Positions 9,689 through 18,984 of a DNA stretch of 64,000 nt are shown piece by piece. The position numbers and the translations under genes are program-made. How positions within the stretch are numbered: the first letter of the stretch is position 1; the number at the start of each line of letters is the position of its first letter. The notes below the pieces were generated by a model that saw only the letters and a program-made list of their open reading frames with translations, searched no databases and was not told where the DNA came from. Origin of the DNA: Candidatus Dadabacteria bacterium (GTDB lineage Bacteria > Desulfobacterota_D > UBA1144 > Nemesobacterales > UBA2774); contig JADLGH010000007.1 in NCBI GenBank assembly GCA_020849425.1, positions 2,732 through 66,731 on the forward strand. The letters run 5' to 3'.

Positions 9689-9747
9689 GATTCGAACCTA
9701 GACTGATGGATCCAGAGTCCATAGTACTACCGTTATACTATGCCCCA
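9674..9747 (-). tRNA. tRNA-Gln (anticodon CTG)
   Basis: TGGGGCA acceptor stem, ATGGA-CT-CTG-GA-TCCAT anticodon arm, GGTTCGAATCC T arm, encoded CCA. Confidence 0.97.
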
Positions 9748-9861
9748 GCGGAAGGCCTTTAGTATTTATAATAACACACATGGAGTCAAGTATCTTGATT
9801 GGCCGCACGCATTCGATACAATAGAGTTACAAAACTTTTTAATCCGGCAAGGAGAAAGGCG

Positions 9862-10041
9862 ATGCCCGCAAAGACGCTGACAGTAAGCGCCAAAAAGAAA
9901 ACGGAGCTCAGGGCCAAGGTCGACAAGGCCGTAAAGGACGCCGCCAAACAGGGACTTATTTTCGTAAAGTCGGGGTACAGGGAAGACAAGATAAAGAAAT
10001 CGAAAGGCGGTTATGAAATCGAGATAGAAGTTCATTCCTAG
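9862..10041 (+). CDS. Small basic hypothetical protein (59 aa)
   Basis: RBS AAGGAG upstream, host-like codon usage, 13 nt before queF. Confidence 0.65.
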   Translation: MPAKTLTVSAKKKTELRAKVDKAVKDAAKQGLIFVKSGYREDKIKKSKGGYEIEIEVHS

Positions 10042-10054
10042 GTTTGATCGAGAC

Positions 10055-10411
10055 ATGGCAGAGCCCGAATTTCACAAGCTGGAGACGTTCGAGAACCGGT
10101 ACCCGGACAGGGAATACGAGATAGACATATCCTGCCCGGAATTCACCTGCGTCTGCCCGAAGACGGGCCAGCCGGACTTCGGAACGATCCGCATAAAGTA
10201 CGTCCCGGGCAGGCTCTGTATAGAGCTCAAATCACTCAAGCTGTACATATATTCATACCGCGGCGTCGGCACGTTCCACGAGCACGTAACGAACAAAATC
10301 CTCGACGACATAGTCTCGGCGTGCAGCCCCGTAAGTGCCGTCGTCACGGGGGACTTCAACGTGAGGGGCGGAATAAAAACCGTCGTCACGGCCTCTTACG
10401 AGAGGGATTGA
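10055..10411 (+). CDS. queF: preQ1 synthase (7-cyano-7-deazaguanine reductase)
   Basis: [31 protein letters not shown]. Confidence 0.96.
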   Translation: MAEPEFHKLETFENRYPDREYEIDISCPEFTCVCPKTGQPDFGTIRIKYVPGRLCIELKSLKLYIYSYRGVGTFHEHVTNKILDDIVSACSPVSAVVTGDFNVRGGIKTVVTASYERD

Positions 10412-10514
10412 GGCCTCCCGTTCCGGGCTTTTGGCAATCCCTGGCCGAAATTATTTCTCAATTCATCCTCATGGGGTTAATATCTTTATATACCGCCCGG
10501 AGGATGCCGCAGGC

Positions 10515-11327
10515 TTGCTTTTAAAAGCTCAGATAATAATCACAGCCGTAATAATCCTGGTAATAATCGGGATCGCCGTGGCCGCGCCCTACGTCGCGCC
10601 GTATAAATACGACGAGACGGACTTCCGGAACGCGCTCAGCAAGCCCGGCCCGAAACACCTCCTGGGCACGGACCAGGAAGGAAGGGACATGCTGAGCCGG
10701 ATCATCTACGGCGCGCGGGTCTCGATAGCCGTCGCGCTCGGGACGGCAGCCATAGCGCTAGTCATCGGCACATTTTACGGCGCCGTGTCGGGCTATATCG
10801 GCGGCAAGGTTGACGAGCTCATGATGAGGGTGGTGGACGTATTCTACTCGCTCCCCGACCTCCTTCTCATCGTCCTCATCACGCTGGTCATAGGAAGGGG
10901 CGTCCTCGGAATAGTGCTCGCCCTCGGGCTCACGGCGTGGATGAGGGTCGCGAGGATTGCGCGCGGAAGCGTCCTCCAGCTAAAGGAAGTCGAATACGTC
11001 CAGTCGGCCAGGAGCCTCGGGGCTTCTCCCGCGCGAATTCTGGGGGTCCACATTGTCCCGAACATACTGAGCCCGCTCATAATCACGCTCACCTTCTCCG
11101 TCCCCTACGCGATCCTGGCCGAATCGACCCTCAGCTTCCTCGGCCTCGGGATAGCCCCCCCCGAATCGAGCTGGGGCACGCTCGCGAGCACGGGGTGGCA
11201 GGGCATAAGGACGTTCCCCCATCTCATCGTCTTTCCGAGCCTCGCTATTTTCATTACGGCTTTTTCATTTAACCTATTCGGAGAAGGTATAAGGGATTAT
11301 CTCGACCCCCAGAGAGTAAGGAGGTAA
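10515..11327 (+). CDS. Peptide ABC transporter permease (OppC/DppC family); start uncertain
   Basis: HLLGTDQEGRDMLSRIIYGARVS, EYVQSARSLGA, LSFLGLG. Confidence 0.9.
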   Translation: MLLKAQIIITAVIILVIIGIAVAAPYVAPYKYDETDFRNALSKPGPKHLLGTDQEGRDMLSRIIYGARVSIAVALGTAAIALVIGTFYGAVSGYIGGKVDELMMRVVDVFYSLPDLLLIVLITLVIGRGVLGIVLALGLTAWMRVARIARGSVLQLKEVEYVQSARSLGASPARILGVHIVPNILSPLIITLTFSVPYAILAESTLSFLGLGIAPPESSWGTLASTGWQGIRTFPHLIVFPSLAIFITAFSFNLFGEGIRDYLDPQRVRR

Positions 11328-11334
11328 ATTTCCA

Positions 11335-13419
11335 ATGTACATCCGCAACCCGAAGTCATGTATAAAATACGGCGCCTCTGTTCTGGCGCTGACCGCGCTT
11401 TCGTTTATCGTTCCGGGCCCTGATTCGTCGGCCCAGATCAACTGCCAGTCCGAGATATACCTGCCCGCAAAGCCCGACGCCAAAGACAGGTTCAAAAAGG
11501 GCTACTGCTTCATCCAGATGGGCCAGTTCCAGGAAGGCGTGACGAGGCTCGAGGGCGTCGAAAAGGAGCTCCCGACGGTGGCGGACTACGTCCTCTACTA
11601 CCAGGCTGCGGGATACGAGAACCTCGGCGATTACCCTAAAGCCGCGCTGCTTTTCAACCGCGTGCTGACGGAATACCCCGGAAGCGGCGTCAGGAAGAAG
11701 GCCTTCGAGCGGCTGGGGAACATATACATCCAATCCGGCGACTACGCCAACGCCGAGAGGATTTTCAGGGCGCTTTACGCCGAGGACGCACCCCGGAGCT
11801 CGAAATCATCATACCTTTACAGCCTCGGCGAGGCCCTCGAAAAGCAGGGCCGCTACCCCGAGGCCGTGTCCACGTACAAACAGGTCTGGGTCGAGTATCC
11901 CGAATCGAAAGAATCGTCTTCGGCGCAGGCGGCGGCCCGCCGCGTGAGCACGGCGGGCGGAGTGGCGTTCACCCCCACCCAGTCCGACTACCTACAAAGG
12001 GCCGACACCCTCTTTAAATATTCGAGGTGGTCTTCCGCGGTACAGAACTACGAGATGGTCGCCTCCAAAAGCACCCAGGCCATGACGAACATGGGAATCG
12101 CGATGGTTAACGCCGGCAGGCTTAACGAGGCCGAGGCGGTGCTGAGCACCATAAACACCCCCGAGTCTCTCTTCTGGAGGGGCAAGCTCAAATCGAAACA
12201 GGGGCTCGACAGCGAGGCCGCGTCGCTCTATTCACAGATAAGCACCCGCTTCCCGTCGAGCGAGCTCGCTCCCGAGGGGCTTTACAACGCCGCCAGGCTC
12301 TACCAGATCAACGACCAGGACCAGAGCGCCATAAAAACCTATGACGTCCTCATAAGGACCTACCCGAAGAACAAGTACGCCGAGGACGGCGCGTGGAACC
12401 TCGGCTGGATTTATTACAGGAAGGGGATGTACCCCGAGGCGCTCGCGACGTTTTCCGCCTTCACCGATTCGTCGTCCTCTTTTAACGCGTCCAACGCCAG
12501 GTACTGGAAGGCGAGGACCCTCGAAAAACAGGGGAGGAGGGACGAAGCGCTCGCCGAATACACGGCCCTCGCCGCCCTCACTCCGCCGACGTATCATTCC
12601 TACCTCGCGCAGCAGAAAACGGGCGTCACCCCGGCCTTTGCAAACGTAAGCCCCGAGACGACGACCCTCGGCCCGGAGGCCGCCGCGAGGAAGCAAAAGG
12701 CCGAGCTCCTGATAGAGCTCGGGCTGCCCGATGACGCGAGGCTCGAAATAGAAAAGATGGAGAGCGCCGCCAAGGCGCAGGAAGAGTTCGTCGCGGTGAG
12801 CCTCCTTTACGCGAAGGTCGATGATTACAATAGCTCTATAAAAGTCGCGCAGGACCTCGGCCTCCCGCAGGCCAACAGCCTGTCGTTCCCGAGGGGGTAC
12901 AAGGACATAGTCGGTCCCTACGCCAGGAAATACGGCGTCGATGAGCTCCTGGTTTATTCCGTCATAAGGGAGGAGAGCAGGTTCCAGAAGGACGTCGTCT
13001 CCCCGGCAGACGCCGTCGGGCTGATGCAGCTCATACCGCCCACGGCGAGGACCGTCGCAAGGCAGATCGGCCTCAGCGGCTTTACGGTCGAGATGCTTAC
13101 GATCCCGCGCATAAATATCGAAATGGGCATATTTTATCTGAAGCAGGTGCTGGACAAGTTCGGCGGTGACGTCGAGCTCGCCCTCGCGAGCTACAACGCC
13201 GGCCCGAACCGCGCCGCCACCTGGAAGACGCAGTACTACGGGCTCGACAAGGACGAGTTCATAGAAGAGATACCTTTCCGCGAAACGAGGAACTATATAA
13301 GAAGGATCCTGAGAAGCTACGGAGCGTACAAGGCGATCTACGGGGGCTCGGCCTCGGCTGCGGAGCCCCCGGCAAAGACGACGCCCGGGGCGAGCGATGC
13401 GAAATATCCGGTGAACTAG
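11335..13419 (+). CDS. TPR-containing soluble lytic transglycosylase
   Basis: TPR repeats; IREES, AVGLMQL, ASYNAG, ETRNY motifs. Confidence 0.92.
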   Translation: MYIRNPKSCIKYGASVLALTALSFIVPGPDSSAQINCQSEIYLPAKPDAKDRFKKGYCFIQMGQFQEGVTRLEGVEKELPTVADYVLYYQAAGYENLGDYPKAALLFNRVLTEYPGSGVRKKAFERLGNIYIQSGDYANAERIFRALYAEDAPRSSKSSYLYSLGEALEKQGRYPEAVSTYKQVWVEYPESKESSSAQAAARRVSTAGGVAFTPTQSDYLQRADTLFKYSRWSSAVQNYEMVASKSTQAMTNMGIAMVNAGRLNEAEAVLSTINTPESLFWRGKLKSKQGLDSEAASLYSQISTRFPSSELAPEGLYNAARLYQINDQDQSAIKTYDVLIRTYPKNKYAEDGAWNLGWIYYRKGMYPEALATFSAFTDSSSSFNASNARYWKARTLEKQGRRDEALAEYTALAALTPPTYHSYLAQQKTGVTPAFANVSPETTTLGPEAAARKQKAELLIELGLPDDARLEIEKMESAAKAQEEFVAVSLLYAKVDDYNSSIKVAQDLGLPQANSLSFPRGYKDIVGPYARKYGVDELLVYSVIREESRFQKDVVSPADAVGLMQLIPPTARTVARQIGLSGFTVEMLTIPRINIEMGIFYLKQVLDKFGGDVELALASYNAGPNRAATWKTQYYGLDKDEFIEEIPFRETRNYIRRILRSYGAYKAIYGGSASAAEPPAKTTPGASDAKYPVN

Positions 13420-14057
13420 GCCGATGCGGCCTTGGTCTCGCAGCCCGTAAGCGCGGCGAAATTCCTCAGTATGCGGAGGCCGTCGGCGCTGCTCTTCTCG
13501 GGGTGGAACTGGCAGGCGAAGAGGTTGTCCCTTGCGACGGCGGCAGTAAACTCGGCGCCGTAATTCGACGTGACCGCGACGACGCCCGCGTCCTTCGGTA
13601 CCGGGTAATAGGAATGGACGAAGTAGAACCAGTTTCCGTCCGGGATTCCGGCGAGCACCGGGCTTTCCTTCCTTATAAAGACCCTGTTCCATCCCATGTG
13701 CGGGACCTTGAGCCTCTCTTCTTCGGAAGGAGAGAATCTCACCACTCTCCCTTCGAGGATGCCGAGCCCGGGAACATCCGGGGATTCGTCGCTCCCCTCG
13801 AACAGCACCTGTAGCCCGAGGCAAATTCCCAAAAACGGCTTGCCCGAGTCTATGTGCTCCTTTATGGGATCTGCGAGCCCGTACCCGGCCAGGTTCTTCA
13901 TGCAGTCGCCGAACGCGCCGACTCCCGGCAGGACGAGCCCGTCCGCGCGCGATATCTCGCCCGGGTCCCTCGTCACGGACGCGTCGATACCCTGGCCGAG
14001 AAACGCCTTCCCGACGCTTCTTAAATTCCCCATTCCGTAATCTACTATGACGATCAT
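13416..14057 (-). CDS. hisH: Imidazole glycerol phosphate synthase glutaminase subunit
   Basis: PGVGAF, GICLG, PHMGWN, QFHPEKS. Confidence 0.97.
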   Translation of the reverse strand: MIVIVDYGMGNLRSVGKAFLGQGIDASVTRDPGEISRADGLVLPGVGAFGDCMKNLAGYGLADPIKEHIDSGKPFLGICLGLQVLFEGSDESPDVPGLGILEGRVVRFSPSEEERLKVPHMGWNRVFIRKESPVLAGIPDGNWFYFVHSYYPVPKDAGVVAVTSNYGAEFTAAVARDNLFACQFHPEKSSADGLRILRNFAALTGCETKAASA

Positions 14058-14065
14058 TGCTTTAT

Positions 14066-14656
14066 TTAGAGCTTGCCCTTGGTCGATGGCACGGACGACG
14101 ACCTCGGGTCTATGCCGGAAGCCCTGTCGAGCGCGCGCCCGACGGCCTTGAACACGGCCTCTATCACGTGGTGGAGGTTGTCCCCGTACCTGAGCTCGAT
14201 GTGGAGGTTACAGAGTAGCGTATTAGAAAAGGATTTGAAGAATTCCTCGCCGAGCTCTACGTCGAACTCCCCCACCTTCGTCTTCGGCACGGAAACGTTG
14301 TACACGAGATACGGACGCCCGCTGAGGTCGACCGACGCGAATGCGAGCGTCTCGTCGAACGGGACGAAGGCCTCCCCGAACCTCGTTATCGACTTCTTGT
14401 CCCCGAGCGCTTTTAGGAATGCGTCCCCGAGCGCAAGGCCGACGTCTTCGACCGTGTGGTGGAAATCGACTTCTATATCACCGACCGCCTTTATGTCGAG
14501 GTCGAAGTATCCGTGCCTCGAAAACTGCGCGAGCATGTGGTCGAAGAACGGTATGCCGGTATCGATGTCGAAATTCCCCTCGCCGTCGAGGTTTATCTCG
14601 ACCTCGACCTTTACCTCCGAGGTTACTCTTTCAGTCCTTCCTTTCCTTTCGGCCAT
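14066..14656 (-). CDS. hisB: Imidazoleglycerol-phosphate dehydratase
   Basis: TGIPFFDHML, HHTVED, NLHHVIEAVFKA, STKG. Confidence 0.97.
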   Translation of the reverse strand: MAERKGRTERVTSEVKVEVEINLDGEGNFDIDTGIPFFDHMLAQFSRHGYFDLDIKAVGDIEVDFHHTVEDVGLALGDAFLKALGDKKSITRFGEAFVPFDETLAFASVDLSGRPYLVYNVSVPKTKVGEFDVELGEEFFKSFSNTLLCNLHIELRYGDNLHHVIEAVFKAVGRALDRASGIDPRSSSVPSTKGKL

Positions 14657-14762
14657 AATCGCTAAGAATCATATCAGAAATTAAGTAAGTGTCCAATGCC
14701 GCCGCACGCTTGAAACGGCAGGGTGTTTCGCCCGAAGGCCGCTCCGAGTACAATATAGCCCC

Positions 14763-15194
14763 ATGAAAATCGCTCTCACCGACGAGACGGGCGAGCTCGA
14801 CGCCCGCTACAGGGCCCGAATTAAAAAGATTGCCGGTGCGGTCCTCGGGAATCTCGACGTGGACAGGGCATCCGAGCTCTCCGTCACGTTCATCGGCGAC
14901 GCCGAAATGCGGGCGCTCAACAAATCCTGGCGGGGCATCGACCGCGCGACCGACGTCCTCTCCTTCCCCCAGGACGGCGAAGGGCCCGTCCCGCTTCTTG
15001 GCGATATAGTGATCTCGCTCGATACGACGAGGCGTCACGCCGTCAGATACGGCAACACATTTCACGAGGAAATAAAAAAGCTCATAGTCCACGGCATACT
15101 CCACCTCCTCGGCCACGACCACAAAAAGAAGAAAGAAAAAGAGGTGATGCGGGGCCTCGAAGAGGAGTTATTGGAGAAGATCCGGGGGCTGTAG
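14763..15194 (+). CDS. ybeY: rRNA maturation endoribonuclease
   Basis: TDVLSFP, HGILHLLGHDH. Confidence 0.96.
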   Translation: MKIALTDETGELDARYRARIKKIAGAVLGNLDVDRASELSVTFIGDAEMRALNKSWRGIDRATDVLSFPQDGEGPVPLLGDIVISLDTTRRHAVRYGNTFHEEIKKLIVHGILHLLGHDHKKKKEKEVMRGLEEELLEKIRGL

Positions 15195-15218
15195 GTGTAG
15201 GAAGCCGGGGGAGGGAAA

Positions 15219-16451
15219 TCACTTCTTCTTTTTCTGCACTACCCTCACCTCGTCTATCGAGCGCGATGTCGCCTTGGTAACCGTAAACTGCCATCCACCG
15301 TGCCTTATCTTGTCCCCCGGCCTCGGTATGGTCCCCGACTCCATAAGCAGGAATCCCCCCAGGGTTTCGTAATCGTCGCTCTCCGGTATGCCGAGCGCGA
15401 GCTCGTCGTTTATAACGTCTATCTCTATCTTCGGATTGACGAGATACTCGTTCTCCCCCGTCTTCCTCCAGAGCCTTGCGCCCTTGTCGTACTCGTCCTC
15501 GATCTCGCCCACGACCTCTTCGAGAATGTCCTCGAGCGCGATGATCCCGACGGCGCCCCCGTACTCGTCGACGACGACCGCGAGGCCGGCTATCCCCTCC
15601 TTCATCTCGTCTAGGAGCTCGTCTACGAACTTCGATTCGGGCACGTAATAAGGCGGCCGGGCAAAGCTCCTTACCTTCTCGTCGGGGTTCTCGCCGAGGA
15701 GGTAGAACGAATGAAGCATGCCCGTGATGTTGTCCACCCTCGACGAATAGATCGGTATGCGCGTGTGGCCGGTCTCGTTTATCATGCATATGGCGTCACG
15801 GACGGCGGCGTCTTCACTGAGCGCGCTTACGTTAATGAGAGGAATCATTATCTCGGCCACCGTCGTCTCCGAGAACCTGAATATCCTCTTTATCATCCTG
15901 TCCTTGTAATCGATCCTCGGGACGGACGTGTCGCCCTCTATGACCCCTATCAGCTCCTCGCGGGTGACGAAGACGCTCTTCGTGCTTCCTATAAGCGTGA
16001 GTATCTTCTTCGTAAAGACGTTGACCACGGCCAGGACCGGGTAGAGAATCCACGAAGCCACGATAAGCGGATATATCGCCCAGAGTATGGCCGTGTCCCT
16101 TCTCCTCTGGAAAACCGCCTTGGGGACTATCTGCCCGAATATGACTATGAGCGGGGAGAGAATCAAAACGGCGTAGAGCTCCGAGCCCTTGCCGTATTCC
16201 TTTTCGAAGTAAAGCGTCATCACGACCGTGCTCGTTATGAGCGCGAGGTTTATGCCGACGAGCGTCGTGCTTATGAACCGCTCTATCTCGGAGAAGGCGT
16301 TCATCACGAGCTTTGCGCTCTGCGAGCCGCCGTCGGCGAGAGACTTCAGCTTTATCTTGTCGCAGGAGACGAGCGCTATCTCCGAGCCCGCGAAGAACCC
16401 CTGCACGACGAGCGAAACGGCGACGATTGCTATGACTATCTCAAGCGACAT
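15219..16451 (-). CDS. CNNM (DUF21)-CBS-CorC domain protein
   Basis: FFAGSEIAL, VVDEYGG, EDILEEVVGEIEDEYD. Confidence 0.92.
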   Translation of the reverse strand: MSLEIVIAIVAVSLVVQGFFAGSEIALVSCDKIKLKSLADGGSQSAKLVMNAFSEIERFISTTLVGINLALITSTVVMTLYFEKEYGKGSELYAVLILSPLIVIFGQIVPKAVFQRRRDTAILWAIYPLIVASWILYPVLAVVNVFTKKILTLIGSTKSVFVTREELIGVIEGDTSVPRIDYKDRMIKRIFRFSETTVAEIMIPLINVSALSEDAAVRDAICMINETGHTRIPIYSSRVDNITGMLHSFYLLGENPDEKVRSFARPPYYVPESKFVDELLDEMKEGIAGLAVVVDEYGGAVGIIALEDILEEVVGEIEDEYDKGARLWRKTGENEYLVNPKIEIDVINDELALGIPESDDYETLGGFLLMESGTIPRPGDKIRHGGWQFTVTKATSRSIDEVRVVQKKKK

Positions 16452-17784
16452 CGGCCACCTCCTCGCTCCTTATCTGAACCCTTATCTCCGTTATGCGTTT
16501 CCCCGAAATCTTGCTCACCTGGAACGTAACCGCTCCGTACGTGACGCTCTCCCCCTCTTTGGGGAACTTCCCGAACATGTCGAACATGAACCCGGCCACC
16601 GTCTCGTGGTCCTCTTCGAGCGGGAGGACGGACTGTTCGAGCCCCTCTCCCAGGCTGTCGAGCCCACCGAACCTCAGCACCATGAACAGGTACGTATCGT
16701 TGAACTCCTCTATCTTCATCGTGCCGGGCAAGACGAACGTATTCCCGTCGCACCTGACGGCGCTTTTTTTCAGTACGCTCCTCTCGTCCTCTATTTCCCC
16801 GAAGAGCTCTTCGAGTATGTCCTCGAGCGTCACTATCCCGTCGAACCGGCCGTACTCGTCTACCACTATCGCCATGTGGTTCCTGTCGAGCTGGAATTCC
16901 TTTAGCAGGTCGAAGGCCATCTTCGTCCTCGGTATGAAGTACGGGGGGCGCAAGAGGCTCCCGAGGTTTCCGCCGCCCGAGAGCTCGGACGTAAGGAGGT
17001 CCTTCGAGTAAAGGGCTCCGACGATGTTATCCTTGTCCCCGTCGTAAACGGGCGTCCTCGAAAACCCCCTCTTCTTTATTTCGTATATGGCGTCCTTCCG
17101 CGGGACGCCGAGCGGCAGCACGAAGCAATCGACGCTCGGCGTCATCAGCTTGTACGCGGGGACTTCCTCCAGCTTGAAGAGGCTTATGACGAGCTTCATC
17201 TCCTCGTCCGTTATAACGCCCTCCTCGCCCCCTATGTCCACGAGGGCCTTCACTTCGTCCGTAGTGAAACCGTTCGTCTGCTGATACTCCATTCTGCCGC
17301 CGAAGAGCCTCGTGAACCCCATCGAGAGGATCATCAGCACCCACCTTAAAGGCGCGATTACGGTGTGAAAGAAATTAAGCGGATACGCGACGAGCCTCGA
17401 CATTACGCGGGGGTATTTCACCCCGAGCGTCTTCGGTCCTATCTCGCCGAGGAGCAGAAGGCTCGGCGAAGCTATCGCGATGGAAAGTATCGTAATCGTA
17501 TTTTCGGACAGCCCCCCGAAGAGCCTGCTCACGGTTATCCCGATGACGCTCGCGTACGCCACGTTCAGCACCTCGTCCGCTAACAGTATGGTGATGATGA
17601 GCTTATAGGGCTCGTGAAGGAGCTTCTCTATATACTTCGAGCTCTTCTTCCCTTCCTTCCTCAGGCTTTCGAGCTGGTGCCTGCCGAGCGAGAATAAAGC
17701 GCCTTCAGACGTGCTGAAAAAGCCCGAGGCTACGAGAAGGAGCAGTATGAGAAAAAGATGGTATGTTAGCGCAGCTTCGTCCAT
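16441..17784 (-). CDS. CNNM (DUF21)-CBS-CorC domain protein
   Basis: FFSTSEGALFSL, GEIGPK, VVDEYG, EDILEELFGEIEDE. Confidence 0.92.
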   Translation of the reverse strand: MDEAALTYHLFLILLLLVASGFFSTSEGALFSLGRHQLESLRKEGKKSSKYIEKLLHEPYKLIITILLADEVLNVAYASVIGITVSRLFGGLSENTITILSIAIASPSLLLLGEIGPKTLGVKYPRVMSRLVAYPLNFFHTVIAPLRWVLMILSMGFTRLFGGRMEYQQTNGFTTDEVKALVDIGGEEGVITDEEMKLVISLFKLEEVPAYKLMTPSVDCFVLPLGVPRKDAIYEIKKRGFSRTPVYDGDKDNIVGALYSKDLLTSELSGGGNLGSLLRPPYFIPRTKMAFDLLKEFQLDRNHMAIVVDEYGRFDGIVTLEDILEELFGEIEDERSVLKKSAVRCDGNTFVLPGTMKIEEFNDTYLFMVLRFGGLDSLGEGLEQSVLPLEEDHETVAGFMFDMFGKFPKEGESVTYGAVTFQVSKISGKRITEIRVQIRSEEVADVA

Positions 17785-18768
17785 TTAACTTCCGGAATGA
17801 ACAAAACCTCCGTCTTTCAGGGCTATTTCGTTGCCGCCGGGATCGGTTATCGCCAGCTCTGCGTTATGCGAGACGTCCCCGATCTCGGTGATATCGATGT
17901 TAAGCATATCGGATATTTTCTCTATTTCGCCGCGTCTTTCGGGGGGCGAAGTGAAAAGGAGCTCGTAATCCTCGCCGCCCGATAGCGCCGGGCCGTAAAA
18001 ATCGTCCGTATACTCGCCGGCCAGGACGCGGTAATCGTCCGACAGCGGAAGCCTCTCGACGCCGACCCTCGCCCCCACACCGTGCGTCACCGTTATCCGT
18101 TTGAGGTCGAGCGCGAGCCCGTCGCTCACGTCTATCATCGCCGTCGCCAGCTTCCCGTCGGCGAGGCGCTTCCCCAGGGCGAGCCTGGGCTCGGGCCTTA
18201 GATGCCTCTCCGCGAGGCGGCCCCCCTTCCCTCCCTTCCCGTCCTTCCTCAGTATCCTGAGCCCGAGGGCCGAATCCCCGAGCGTGCCGCTCACGTATAT
18301 CACGTCCCCGGGCGAGGCGCCCTTCCGAGTGACCACGCGTGCCGGATCGACGAAGCCGAGGACCGTTATGTCGAGGAAAATCCTCTCCGAGGAGCTAAGG
18401 TTCCCGCCCACGAGCCCGACGCCGAATTCCTCCTCCGCGGATTCGAAGCCGCGCATGAGCCCTTCGAGGAACGCGCCGTCCTCGCGCTTCGTGTAGCCGA
18501 GGGACGCGAGTATATATCTCGGGACGCCGCCCATTGCGCCTATGTCGCTCACCGAAACGGCGACCGACTTACGCGCGAGGTCTTCGGGAGAGATGAGGGA
18601 CTTTACGAAGTGAACGTCTTCCACCTGGCAGTCCGTCGTTACGAGGAGGAGCTTCCCGGGCTCCGTACGGAGAGCCGCCGCGTCGTCGCCGATCCCAACC
18701 TCAACGCCATTTCGACTGCCGGAGAAACGCTCGCCGATCAAACGGAGAGCGTCGAGCTCGTTTATCAT
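17785..18768 (-). CDS. thiL: Thiamine-monophosphate kinase
   Basis: GIGDDAA, SDIGAMGG, IDVSDGL, GGEDYELLFT. Confidence 0.96.
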   Translation of the reverse strand: MINELDALRLIGERFSGSRNGVEVGIGDDAAALRTEPGKLLLVTTDCQVEDVHFVKSLISPEDLARKSVAVSVSDIGAMGGVPRYILASLGYTKREDGAFLEGLMRGFESAEEEFGVGLVGGNLSSSERIFLDITVLGFVDPARVVTRKGASPGDVIYVSGTLGDSALGLRILRKDGKGGKGGRLAERHLRPEPRLALGKRLADGKLATAMIDVSDGLALDLKRITVTHGVGARVGVERLPLSDDYRVLAGEYTDDFYGPALSGGEDYELLFTSPPERRGEIEKISDMLNIDITEIGDVSHNAELAITDPGGNEIALKDGGFVHSGS

Positions 18769-18984
18769 TTCAGATCAAGGTCCGGGGGCAAATATACTCG
18801 ATTGAATAATCCGGAATTTACAGCGATGTATTCAGGAGATGTTTTAACGGAATTCTGATTTTGGCCGCACAAATGGGGATCAGGGTCTTTCATAATTCGC
18901 TATCATTTAAATAATTACTTCGCATGAGTCGAATTAAAGTTTAGGATATTCGCTATAATATGTCAACCTGAAACGGATGCCGAA

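Noticed and set aside
9674..9747. tRNA-Gln as an amber suppressor explaining the in-frame TAGs
   Set aside because: The anticodon is CTG, not CTA, and several intact genes (ends at 1379, 10041, 13419, 55493) use TAG as a normal stop
9750..10055. preQ1 riboswitch upstream of queF
   Set aside because: No recognisable preQ1 aptamer; the region is occupied by a small CDS
12232..13824. 530-aa minus-strand ORF
   Set aside because: Shadow ORF: antisense to the lytic transglycosylase and off-frame in hisH, with no motifs
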